Origin: Takakia lepidozioides
Taxonomy: Eukaryota; Plantae; Bryophyta
Assembly: GCA_030704615.1 (NCBI GenBank)
Contig: CM060734.1
Location: 55,304,001-55,368,000 of the forward strand
DNA length: 64,000 bases
Direction of reading: 5' to 3'
The number at the start of each line of letters is the position of its first letter. The stretch's first letter is position 1. Shown here one piece after another: positions 25,053 to 37,622 of the stretch. The translations under genes were made by a program, and so were the position numbers. A model generated the notes under the pieces. The model ran no database searches. It was given only the letters and a program-made list of their open reading frames with translations, and was not told the DNA's origin.

Positions 25053-26616
25053 GAACTAAGGGTGAGAGAGGGAGAGAGATAGAGACAGAGACAGAAGGGG
25101 TCTTAGGGATCCCACCGCCAGCTTGTTACCCTCCTTGGTTGGGGTGGATGTCCTTAAGGGCCGCTTGGAAGGAGTCATGCGAACGACGATCTTCTCAGCA
25201 CTCTAGTCTTCCTCCTCGTCCGTGCTCTCGCTCTCTGCTGAGTAGTCAGCACTGGGCGTCGCTCCACTATCCTCCCCCGGGTTGGTCTCCAAGTCGCTGG
25301 ACTCCTTCTCCGCCACCCCCATGTGAACAGGACTCCTCTCCCTCAAACGCGTACTCCTTCGCACTGGGCCGTTCCACACATAGCGGGCAGTACGCGGGGG
25401 TCTCTCTTTCTCTCTACTCTCCCACAATCACCCGGGTCACTCACAACAAAACGCCCTCACAAGCCCAGGAAGCTCAAAAAGTGAAGCACACACACTTAGT
25501 ACGCTCGTGTGAGAGACATGAGGTTGTCCAAGTGCCGCGCAACATCCGACGGTCCACGTCCATCTAATGGCGGAGATGGGATGTGGACACGTTGTTTTTT
25601 TTTTTGAAAAGAAATTAGGGTACATATTAACCACTACACTAGTGTCCATAACCACTACATCCTGCTGACATGGCAGTCTTCTAGGGGCTCTTGGGACCTC
25701 AACTACCTTTCATGAAACAGACGTAAGTCTGGCGTGGAAGCAACGCAGGGGAGGCCATCTCTTGGCTCAGGTGCTGCGATCGCATTGCAAGTGCAAGGAA
25801 GGAGGGAACAATGCAATGAAGGAGGGAAGGAATCATCGCATGAACAATATTCGAGTAGGGAGACAGCTTCGACTTACAGTGCAATGGCCTTGGAGCTCCA
25901 ATCCAACAACCAAGTTTTGTTTTCAGCTACCCTGATAACACGATACTGTTCATATTCCACCATCCCTTCGCATTCTCCTGGGGTAAGTGACTCCTCTTCT
26001 CCTCCACTTTCGCTCTCTGCTGAACCAGGTGCTCTTGCCAAATCGCCTCCATTGCCATCGTCGTTCAAATGTTTTGGGCTGCGTTCACTCTTTGCCATAG
26101 AACCTGCACTCTCCTTCAGCAAAATTGAAAAGAGACTGAGCCTAACTAAACCCTACAAGTGCACATTCAGATTGAGCGATGGAGGAGGCTGTAGATATAA
26201 GCACATGACAACAGACAGGCTAACGGCTTCGTGCTAACTACAAATGCATATGATGGGCTGAGCTACTGCTCACAACCTTCAAGACATCCTATCTTAAAGC
26301 ACTATAGCTTGTACCTAGAAGTAGGGTCTGCTAGGTCACCACGTAGTGATTCAATCCATTCTGAATATTACTAAGAAGGTGGTTTGTAGATAACAAGAGG
26401 CAACTTTTTCCATTTTCTGCACTGTCAGAGTCATACTCACTCTTTTTGTAGTTCTAAAGTTGAAATATGAGGTGTGAAACAACCACTCAGAAAAGTGGTA
26501 CCTTACAACTCTATGAGTAGAGATGTACAGTAGATTGTTGCAATTCTTGCTTTTTAAGGACTTGGTATATTAATCTTGATTCTCCCCTCATACCAGGAAA
26601 GAAATTCCTTAGCATC

Positions 26617-29600
26617 ATGGAGCCTGACAGAGCAGCTGTCGTGCTGAGATTACAACAGCGCGACGATGCTCTTTTTCAGCGTGAGGTTGCGCGGTGTCGA
26701 GAGTATGGTCTCAACAAGTTAAGATGCCCTTGCAATCACTGTAAGGGTGGACGACCGGTCTCTATAGAGAGAGTGAGAAAACATCTAATGGCCAATCATA
26801 GATCCTCTGCGTTCAGATCCTGGAGAGGAGCAAGGAGGCATGCTTCTGACGATGAATGGGAAGACATGGCCGTGGTTGTTGGTGACGACGTAGCTTTAGC
26901 AAATCATCGGACACAGGGAGAATTGGACAGAAATGTTGAGGTACAGCGCATGATCCAAGAGACCTTTCAGATCATAGACACACCTGAAACTGGAAATGGG
27001 GCAGAAGTGGAATTAGATGACCTAGATGTTCCCGGTGACACGAACATCCCTTCCTTAGCCCATGACCCGGTTGTGGGTGGGGACTCTCACACTGATGATC
27101 CCATCTCATTGGAAGAGGCATGTCTACCTTTGTATGAAGGCTGTAAATCCTCTAAGCTTGCATCCACCATGCTTATAATGAATCTATGCGCAACACATGG
27201 GGTTCCAAATGGCTTTGCGGATGAAATGTTCTCTTTGCTGCAGAAAACCTTGTTGCCACAACCAAACGTACTACCCACATCTTTCTACCATGCAAAGACC
27301 ATGGTGAGCAAGCTTGGGCTTGCTTATGAGAAGATCGATGCTTGCCCAAAGGGGTGTGTGTTGTTTAGGGGGGACTTGAAAACTTCAGAGAGTTGCCCCA
27401 AGTGTCAAAGCGCCTGATTCAAAAATATGGGAGATCCAAGGTACCTGTTAAGGTACTTCGCCATTTTCCATTGATACCACGCCTTTTGCGTATGTATAGA
27501 TGTTCTTCTATTGCAGAATTAATAACATGGCACAGTCGGAATGCAAGCAACGATGGCCTTGTGCGCCATGCAGCTGATTCAAAGGCTTGGAAACACATTG
27601 ATGCTACTTGGCCCGACTTTGCAGCAAGCCTCGCAATGTAAGGCTTGGTTTTTCCTTCGATGGAGTGAACCCGTTTGGTGATAAGAACAATTGCTGGTCA
27701 ATATGGCCAGTGTTGATGCTGGTATACAACCTACCTCTCTGGCTCACTACAAAGAAGTTCTTTGTCATGCTTACTCTCTTGATTCCAGGAAAGCAATCAG
27801 TTACAAGTGAGCACATAGATGTGTACTTAGCACCACTGATGGAGGAGTTACTTTTTTTGTGGAGGGGGGTTCGGGCATATGACATATGCAAACCTGTTGG
27901 TGAGAGATCCTTCATACTACGCGCCATACTACTGTGGAGTATCCACGATTTTCCTGCTTATGGCCTATTTGTAGGATGTGTCACAAAAGGCTACAAAGGG
28001 TGTCCAGTATGCGGTCCTCATGTAGATGCAAGACAGTCAAAAGTTCTGGGCAAAACTGTCTACCAAGGTCACCGCAGGTTCCTCCCTCAGGCCCATCCAT
28101 ACCGCAGGAACCGTATACACTTCAATGGACAGGTGGAGATGCATGCGAAGCCACATCCGTTCACACTGGTTGAACAAGAGGCCGTTGGTATTGAGGCTGA
28201 AGGTTATGACCTTGACACCCGTGCTTTTCCTGATGCTGAAGTTCATCCAGCCAAGGTTCATGGTATCAAAAGGCGCAGCTGCCTATGGGATTTACCATAC
28301 TGGAATGTACCCCCTGCACTTGTACTTGTTTGAGTTCAATGTTCTTTGTAAATGAAAAAGGTAGTACCCCTGTAGTGGTTATTTCTTATTTTCCGAGTGG
28401 TAAAGTAGTAGTACTGCATGTAATTTGGACTTCACATTAATAACTCGTGGAGTGGTGAAAGGTTGTATCCATGATGCTCAGGAAGTTGTTGACATCACTT
28501 GAGAGGCTAATAATGCACTAAAGGAGTTGTTTGAACCACTGAGGAGGGACTGTCATGCATCACAACCACTTTAGACATGGAAATATATAGTGCTAATAAA
28601 GGAATCTGATTTGTATAGGACTGCAATCTGTCGGAATGTTCCTGAAATGGTGTCACCAATTGCAGGATCTGTTGCAACGCTACTTACTGGATCCCATGCA
28701 TTGCGAAAAGAATTTTTGTGAAAACTTGTTGAAGACGATTTTCGGACAGAAGGACACGGTGAAGGTGAGGAACGACATGGAGGTAATTGGCATCAGACGT
28801 CACTTGTGGCTTCGGCCTGATCCACAGAACCCTTCACGTATCATGAAACCAGCAGCACCGTATGTTCTCACTCCCGATGAAATCACGATATTTCTTGATA
28901 CTTTGGGGGCTATCAAAACTCCTTCGGGATTTGCAGGTGCATTTCAGAAACACATACACCCGTCTAGGAAACATTTGACGACTATGAAGTCCCATGATTA
29001 TCACGTTTTAATGCAACAGATTTTACCTGTGTGTGTTCGCCATTGCACGGCGGGGGGCCCACGTGGGTTCATTATGCATGTGAGTCGCATTTTCCGCCGG
29101 ATTTGTGCCAAAGTATGGGACCCTAATGAAATAGATTCATTGCGTGAGGATGTTGCTATAACCTTATGTCTGTTAGAGAAAGAATTCCCCCCTTATTTCT
29201 TTGATGTCATGACCAATTTGCTAGTTCATCTCGTAGATGAACTAGACACATGTGGTCCGGTGTTATCACGGTGGATGTATCCCATGGAGCGTTACATGAA
29301 AGATCTCAAGGAATACGTTAGGAATTACGCAAAGCCAGAAGGGAGTATGGCTGCAGGGTATGTTCTTGATGAGGCCATGGGGTTCATGAGTGAGTATATG
29401 CAATCATTTGATGCAACTCAACGGCGGATTTGGGATGCAAATGCGAGGGAGGGGTTGAGAACGAGGTCTTGGAAGGTGTCGGCAAAAAGCGGGACATGAG
29501 TGGAGCTGAGAGAGATGCAACACATTTGTATGTGCTGAACAATACCAATGTGATGGTTCATTGGGTGCAGTGAATTCTTCTTTTCATTGCACCTTATTCA

Positions 29601-30771
29601 TATATATCAAGTTCAAATGCAATTGTGACTATCACCAGTGTAATAGAACCACCCACAAAGTCACAAAAGTCAGTGGTTCATCGTGATGATAACCACTTCT
29701 GTAGTAACTAAATGTCTAAGTGAGTGACTTTTTGGAAGAGCATGTTCATTTACAAGTCATTCTGCTCACTCATCCAGTGGTTTTCAAAGTATCATTCATG
29801 CTAGGTATTTTTTGCAAAGTAATGCAACACTTCATTGCTAACATGTGTCATTCTTGTTGTCATTTTGTGACAAAAAGTATGCAACAGAGAAAACACAGTT
29901 CATTGCAGATAGAGAGGCATGTGCTCGTGAGTGGCGTGCCAATCGTCGACGTCACCGCCGCCTTCCGGTGCCATACCCTCCCCATTTGTTGGAGTTTCCA
30001 CCCCTACCGGTATGGATACGTCATGCAGTCCAGGCCCATGTCTCTGAGCATGGTGTTGAGGATACGGATGTAATTCATTTGTCTACTCCCCCCTCATTGA
30101 GATCAGCTTCATTTCGTGGCATGAAGGCGTATGGAAATCATTATCGAGTGGATGACACGTAGAGTCGTCTTCTTGTCTCTTTTGATTCCAGAGTTGCATC
30201 CGTCTTCCAGCAACAGAGCAGAAATAGTGTGCGTGATAGAAATCCAGTCATGTCACCATTAGAGTACGTTGGGGTCATCAAAGAGATCTTCAAATTGGAT
30301 TATGGACGAGTGCACCCCATTGTATTTGCCTGGGTGAGGGCCATCCTCGTTGGACAAAATGCTACAATGAAGCGGGATTCGTATGGTTTTCTACTTGCAA
30401 ATTTTGGGAGGATGTTACCCGCCAATGATCAGCCGTTCATCTTTCCATCTCAAGTTGAACAAGTGTTCTTTTCGGATGAGTCCCCAAGTTCGGAGTGGAA
30501 GGTAGTCCTTAGGAAGGATCCAAGAGCAAAAAGGATTGTGGCGGATATAGATCAATGTGACATTGGCGAAAATGCAGATTTCGATGGCATTCAGGCGCCG
30601 TCCACCTTATCAGATCAGCCAATACCTAGGTCATTAGATGGTGCCACGGCTCTAAATAAAGAAGACCTGGCTATGTTGGCTACCATTCAAGCAGCGTTTG
30701 TACAACCAACCGCTATTCCAGTTGAGCAAAGTGATTCAGAGGGTGATGAATATGTTTCAGATTCAGAATAA
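26617..30771 (+). pseudogene. CACTA-C TnpD-like transposase (transposase-associated domain, Tnp2, DUF4218-like, DUF4216-like), spliced, few lesions
   Basis: CPCNHCK; KIDACPKGC; DSKAWKHID; RNVRLGFSFDGVNPF; LLWSIHDFPAYG; DPMHCEKN; MKSHDYHVLMQ; RWMYPMERY; PFIFPSQVEQVFF. Frameshifts at ~27415 and ~27625. Confidence 0.95.
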
Positions 30772-31439
30772 AGTTTATTGTTGGAACCATTTGTTCAATA
30801 TCATCATGCCACAATGGTCTGGCCACTTGTTTGTTTTTCAAAGTCTGTCACAGCTGCACAAACCACTTAAATTTTTTCATGTATTATCCAAAAAGTGGTA
30901 CCAATCACTTGTCTGTAGGCAACCACTCATGAGCAACCACTAGAATAGTGGTTCCAATTACTGCAGTATCTTTCACCACCCACTCTCCACCACTGTCAAA
31001 GTGGTACAAATCAATGAGGTGTCTTTAACCACTCAAGATCAACGTGCACTGTCCCCGTCCACGTGGAATATTATATTTATGAATTAAAATATATTTCCAA
31101 ATCATAAATCACAAATAAAATTTGAATTATTACACGTGGAGTAGCAAGTGGTTTCAACCACTTCCTATCATTGAGGTGTCTATAACCACTCACAATTTAC
31201 CACTGCACTCGTCCACGTCGAATATTAAAATGTATTACCAAATAAATAATAATAAATAAAAACAAATTATTACACGTGGACTACTGAGTGGTTGAAACCA
31301 CTTCCAACCACTATCTGTGATGCCACCGTGGCATTTCATTGGGATTAACCACTGGCAAGTGGGTACTAGTGGTTTATAGAGTGGAAAAAGACAGTAGTGG
31401 TTAAAGGGCCAGTGGTTATTCCGCGTTTTTTTTCTTGTG

Positions 31440-33923
31440 TTCGAATTCAAAGATGGTTTATTTTATTTCAAGGGACTTCTCTATGTACCTCCAGGACCTA
31501 TACGACTTCGAATTCTTCAAACATGTCATGATCTTCCAGCAGGACATTTTGGCTTCAACAAAACAATGGAATTGATATCTAGGGACTATTGGTGGCCACA
31601 GATGTGGAAACTCGTGAAAGAATTTATAAAATCTTGCGATACGTGTGTTAGAGCGAAGGAACCACGACATCGACCTTACGGCTTTCTTCAACCATTACCC
31701 ATTCCCAAGGGTCCATGGTCGTCCATGTCTATGCACTTTATTACGGACCTTCCAATTTCCAAGACCACCGATTCAATCCTTGTTATTGTAGATCGTTTTA
31801 CGAAGATGACACATTTCATTCCATGCAATAAGACGGTTACCGGCGAGGAAACTGCAAAACTCTTCCTCAATAATATCTACTGCATTCATGGACTACCGAA
31901 GGACATCGTATCTGATCGAGGACCACAGTTCATATCAAATTTCTGAAGGGGATTCACATATTGGATACTAAGATCAACCTCTCTACAGCTAATCATCCAC
32001 AGACTGATGGTCAAACCGAAATTGTAAACCAGATTTTGGAGCAGTATCTTCGCTGTACGATAAATTATCACCAAGATAATTGGACGGACCTTCTATCATT
32101 GGCTGAGTTTGCCTACATGAAGACTGTTAGAAACCCTGCTACCCATCTTGCTACGATTCACAAGGAGCTTACATTCCACCTCGCAGAAGCTAAAAAACAA
32201 TACAAGGAGTATGCAAATCAACGTCACCAACTCCAATCCCAGTTTAAGGTCGGAGATCGTGTGTGGCTTCTTCGACGAGACATACAAACCTTGCGACCAT
32301 CAAAGAAGTTGGATTATCAATGCCTGGGACCATTCAAAATTATTCGACTCTTAAATCCGGTTAGTTTTCGGCTTGAACTCCTACGAAGTATGCGCATCCA
32401 TCCAGTCTTTCATGTTTCATTATTGGAGTTGTATCATCCATCGAATATTCCAGGGAGAGTCTCCGTACCACCTCCACCAATCGAAGTCAATCAGGAAATT
32501 GAGTATGAAGTCGACGAAGTCTTAGACTCTCGCATCAAGTATAAACGTCTTAAGTATTTCGTACATTGGAAAGGCTACAACATTAGCGAACGAACGTGGG
32601 AACCTTCATCCAACCTCACCAATGCATCTGACAAAGTCCAAGAGTTTCATCAACGATATCCAGCTAAGCCCCGAACTTCACGTCAATAAGACGTCACAAT
32701 GATGATATCAGCCAAGTTAGCTTCAAGGTGAAGACTCCACATTCAATGTACCTGATACACGCTAAGGAGGGAGGAGCACCACACATCAGTATATATAGCT
32801 ACACTTCCAGTACTCTTGCATCTTGTATTGGCAGTATGGAGTCACAGGAACCAGATCGCTTACGTCGCTACCAGATCAGCCGTTCCTATTCTCACGACCT
32901 TCAACATCACGTCGACGCTCTCGAGACGATGGGCCACCAATGCGACACATACTTCCTCGTCTGGAGCCCGTACGACGACAAATGGAGCCTACTCGAAGTC
33001 TGATAATTCTGTTGGAGGTTGAGGTTTCGGACGCAGATGGCAACGAAATCATGTTTGAAGGCAACTTCGAGAATCATAATGCTTAAATCACTGCGTGGTC
33101 CCAAGTTCAAGGTGTTGGACACTATCGATGGTTGTCGGGACCTATAAATCATTTGAGTCAAGAACGAAGAGCCGAATACTTGGCAAGTACCATTCGCCGG
33201 ATTTTGGATTTTCTCCAACTCTAAGTAAGTCCAAAATTTTACCGCTCCTCGAGGAACTCGGCGCTAGAAGAAGAAGTGATGTCACGGACATAGCCCAGAG
33301 GAACTTACCAGGAGTAAATACCAGAAGTTATCAAGTTACCATGTTACCGGAAGTTACCATGATCTACCATGATTTGTCATTACTTACCAAGTTATCGGAA
33401 GTTTACCAAATTACTAAGAGTAACTTGGGAAACTGCTCAGGATGCTTTTTTTGGAGGAAACTTCTCCATCAAGATACCTCATTTGTTTAAAGAAGCTTCT
33501 CCATCAATAAACCTTTGTTTAATCTTGGAAACTTCTCCAACAATAAACCTCCATAGGGGAAGCTTCTTAGGGAAGCTTATTAGTAGCCAGTATATATAGG
33601 AGGCGAGACTGGACACTCTTCAGTCTCGCCAACACCAGTTCATGCTACTCTTGTTTCCAGTTCCCAGTACTCCAGTCCAATTCCCAGTACCCTAGCCCAG
33701 TTTCCAGTATCTGGTACTTCAGTCCAGTTTCCAGCATTCCAGTATTCAAGTCGTGTTCTAATATCTTGTACACTTGTTCATTGTTATAAATATCGTCTTG
33801 ATTCTTATTTACTCATTGTGCATACGGCCACGCCGACCTTGACTTCTTGCTTAGTCTTATACCTCTAGTCTGATCTCTTGTTTGTGTTCAGTCATGTTCT
33901 CGTCCTTGATACCCTCCGCAACA
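31440..33923 (+). mobile_element. Gypsy-2 (Tcn1/Tf2-like chromovirus) 3' half: integrase, chromodomain, extra region, PPT, 3' LTR
   Basis: CHDLPAGHFG...WWPQM...CDTC; SDRGPQF; HPQTDGQTE; YEVDEVLDSR...YFVHWKGY. PPT agaagaagaagtga ends at 33279; LTR 33280-33923 (TGTCACG...CGCAACA). Confidence 0.9.
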
Positions 33924-34969
33924 CTAGTGCGAGATGATTGTGGTTTCATGCGCGTCAATACAGATAGACTCAACCCTAATCATCGTCCCTCCGATGAGCC
34001 TTGTCCATTTCCTTTAGACATAAAGCAAGTTTTCTTCTCCGATGACAAAACAAGAAGGCAAAATTGGAAGATGGTTGTGCATGCTCAGCCAAGAGGAAGA
34101 TGTATCTATCATGGTCTCGGATCTCCACGGGGTGAGGCAATTATGGTGGAGGGACAGACTGGTCATAATGATGCTGATGATGGAGGTTGGGTAGAGGGGG
34201 TAGAAGAGGATGATGACGCCCCGAAGAATGCATCCCGGACCCTATATGATGAAGCTCCAGAAAATACAAATGTTGGACAAGGAGATAAAGACACGGCCAT
34301 TGACAACGAGATGGAGGATGATTTGGAGTTGCCTTTTGAGGGTCAGGCCATTTATGACGATGACTCTGATGACCAAGAAGACTTGCAGCTTGATGAGGAT
34401 GAAGAAGCTCCGGATGATGATGTTCAAGTTGATTAGACACGTAATCAAAGCTAAATAATAATTCTCGCACCGAATGATTGTACATGTACATACATATTGT
34501 AGCTTATTTCTATGATTCATCAATGGTCTTGCAATCATCTCTCTCTCTCTCTCTCTTTCGCGGAGAGGAAAGGGAGAGTGCAATTGCCCGTTGTGTGGGC
34601 AATCTGAAGACAATATTCATGTTCTGATACACTGTCCGGGGTTCTCTCACCAAAGAGACGCTCTCTTCAAATCTATCAAGGGAATTGTGTCTGTACCCCT
34701 GTTTATCAACTTTGAAAGTCTCGAGGCTGAGCCAAAAGCCCATGCCCTCCTGAGGCCTAGTTTTTGGGCAAATCACACACAACAGATTGATGCTTGTGTG
34801 AAGGGATTTCTAGAGGATATCTGGAAAACCCGGATTAATTCTATATATAAAGGTAAGTCTTACCACCAACGTCAGCCCCTGACAGAGGTAGGTTTTGTCC
34901 CTTTTGTTTCCGTTCAAACTGGGTGCGGGGTCAATGGCCACAAGGCTACGGCAAACAACATCTTATGAG

Positions 34970-35031
<62 letters not shown>

Positions 35032-35572
35032 ACAAATCTATTAACAACCAAGAGAGAGGGGGAGAGAGGGAGGAGGGGCAAAGAACGAAAAACAGAGAGG
35101 TGCCCCCCCCCCCCCTCAGAGTCCCACCCCCTCTCCCTACCCCTTAACTCAAAGAAAAAGACCGCCCCCTTGCCACCCCCCGCCGTGGCAAGCCGAAAAA
35201 ACCCGTCGCAATACCCCCTTGCCACGCCCGACCATCGCAGAGGCCTATTCCCCCTTCAAGCCACCCTGCCACGCCTGAGCGTGGCAAGTGGGGCTGCCCC
35301 CCTTTGCGACGGCCAGACGTGGCAAGAAAGGGCTACCTCTTGCCCTTGAGGCCACCTGGCCACGTCCCGACGTCGCAGGATGATCCCGACGCTAGGGGGC
35401 GACACCTGGGCGCTGGGTTGCCACGCGGCGGCGTCACAAGCAGCGCCGGGGCACCGCTGTGCCACGCCCTGACATCGCAAATTGGCGCCGTGGCCCCGGC
35501 GTTGCACGCCGTGCGCCGTGCGGTGCGTAGGGGCACGGCTGCCGCCACTAACCCCCCCTTTTTGCAGTAGTG
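33924..35572 (+). mobile_element. CACTA 3' part (DUF4216-like exon, acidic tail, subterminal repeats, right TIR), probably the end of CACTA-A
   Basis: VRDDCGFMRVN...DEPCPFPLDIKQVFFSDD. GCCACG/CGTGGC repeats at 35170-35550; TIR ...ttttgcagtagtg ends at 35572 inside a Copia RT. Confidence 0.85.
34561..34974 (+). mobile_element. RTEX-like LINE 3' fragment inserted in a (TC)n microsatellite
   Basis: Highly similar to the 23548 copy; flanked on both sides by (TC)n (34538-34556 and 34975-35027). Confidence 0.9.
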
Positions 35573-36691
35573 ACTGTTGGAATAATGGCGCAATATCTGA
35601 GCAATCCAGGAGAGAAGCATTGGTGTGCTATGAAAAGAATATTCGGTACTTACAAGGTACCAAAGAAAATGGAGTAATGTTTAGAAGGAACTTAGATGAA
35701 GTCTTTCCTTTGCAAGGTTACTCGGATGCGGATTGGGCTAGAGATGTAGACAGCAGGCGCTCAACATCAAGGTGCTGCTTCATTTTTTCAAGTGGAGTGG
35801 TTAGTTGGGCAAGTAAGAAACGATGCGCAGTGGCTTTGTCAAGCACTGAAGCAGAATACATGTCTTTGTCAAGAGCAACTACGGAAGCCATTTGGCTTCG
35901 AAGGCTATTCAAGGATCTGGGGCTATCTCAAAGAAGTCCAACTTATATCTTCTGTGATAACCAAAGTGCAATAGGCTTAACAGAGAATCCAAAGTTCCAT
36001 GCTAGGAGGAAGCACATCGATATACAGTTTAATTTCATTTGAGAGCAAGTGACGCGGAGGAGCTTCGAGTCAGCTACTGTACAACAAAAGAAATGTTGGC
36101 AGATGTACTTGCTTGTTGAAGGAGAAACACTATCATTGTATATAGGGAATGGGAATGCTAGAAATCAATTCAGACATTGATCAGAAAAACACTGTAAAAG
36201 AAAATAAGAAGTTTAGACACCTTAATAATTAATTAACTAATCTCTCGTCAATGGGAGTGTTAGAAATAAATGACTCAAGTTAGTTATTAGGGATACTAAA
36301 CTCTTACTAAATGGATACAGAGATCTTAAAGGTTATTATGAGATCTATTGAGATAGGACTTGGAGATAGTAAAGAACACGAAGATACAAGTCTGAGAGAG
36401 ACGCTGAGAGAAGAGATTACTACGAGAGTTTTCTAAGGGAGTACTTGTGACATTCTACTTATAAATTGATCCTGTATTCACTAGCAAAGATGAGCAGTAG
36501 TACATGTATTACTAACTTGTACTTTATGTGAATAGATTTGTCATCCTCTCTCTCCCTGCTTACTCTCTTAGTTCCATAGGACATTGGGCCCCCCTGGGCA
36601 TGTTAAAGTTTCTCTTTTTCTTGCAACTCTCCCGTTGGCATCAGTGGACATTATAACTTCCTGTTTCACTGTCTTAAGGGCCCTCTCAACA
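35573..36691 (+). mobile_element. Ty1/Copia 3' half: RT end, RNase H, PPT and 3' LTR (36258-36691)
   Basis: GYSDADWARDVDSRRSTS...VALSSTEAEY...CDNQSAI...KHIDI; atgggag followed by TGTTAG...TCAACA. Confidence 0.88.
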
Positions 36692-37622
36692 TCCATGCTC
36701 TCTACAAGCATCACCATCAAAACTGTGGAGACCTCTAACTGATTCTAGAGCCTGCATTTTCAGAAGAGAATCTTATGGTCTTCGGCTCAATTTACACTCT
36801 GTAGCTTAATCTTCCAAAGTTTTCGGACGTCTGTCATTACAAGTGATGTACCTTCCTGGCTGCTCCCTTTGCAATGCTGAGTTTAGAGGCTCATCCAGTG
36901 TTGGTTGGCTAATGCCATAACTCTTTGCTTTCTCGAGCTCCTCTGCCTGCAGATCGCCAGAGCAAAACTCTTGAGAGAGAGAGAGGACGTGAGAGAGAGA
37001 ATCCCTAAACCGGCTTCATGTCTGGGCAGTTTTACCCGATTATCGAAAATATCAAAAACATACTATGCGTATGTGATTATATCTGATGTGTATATTACGA
37101 TATATGTTTGTATAATATACATGGTAGCCCAGGCACGTAGCATGGGGTTCGTTACCTTGTGCCTTTTACTACCCCATGGTATTTCTACTCGGTGCTTTTC
37201 AATAGCCAATGCCCTCTTGCCCATGCCACGAAATCTTTTGGAATAAAACCCCCAGTATTGGAATCTTTCAAGCGGTCCAGGGTCTTGTAGAAGCATGGCC
37301 TTTTTGGTATTCTGTAATTACCTACACTCGCCCCCACTTGGCTAGCACCTCCGGGGCTCATTTCGGTAATCCCCTCCACTCCCAGGCTTACCCTACACAT
37401 AACCCACGGAACCAGTCACACGTCAGATTGGACGAATGAATCTTGAATGAAGACGGCTGATATACTAGACGAATGAAATCCTCGTGGATAATGGATGATT
37501 TTATGAGGAATGAAACTTTATGGATGATCAGTCCTCGCCGAAGGATCGGACCTTTGGAGACTTCGCCCAGACGAGGCGATGGTAAACTCCTCCTTTTCTT
37601 TCACGATCTTCCGCGGCAGGCA

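Larger units (their letters stand above)
20740..31439. mobile_element. CACTA-C element with divergent TnpA-like (-) and TnpD-like (+) genes: right end present, left end missing
   Basis: AACCACT/AGTGGTT subterminal repeats at 30860-31420. The terminus ...cgcgttttttttcttgtg at 31439 abuts Gypsy-2 integrase sequence. Confidence 0.75.

Noticed and set aside
33300-33750. Short tandem repeats (gttacc; ccagttcccagtac) as a CRISPR-like array
   Set aside because: They are internal LTR repeats with no spacer structure, in a eukaryotic context.
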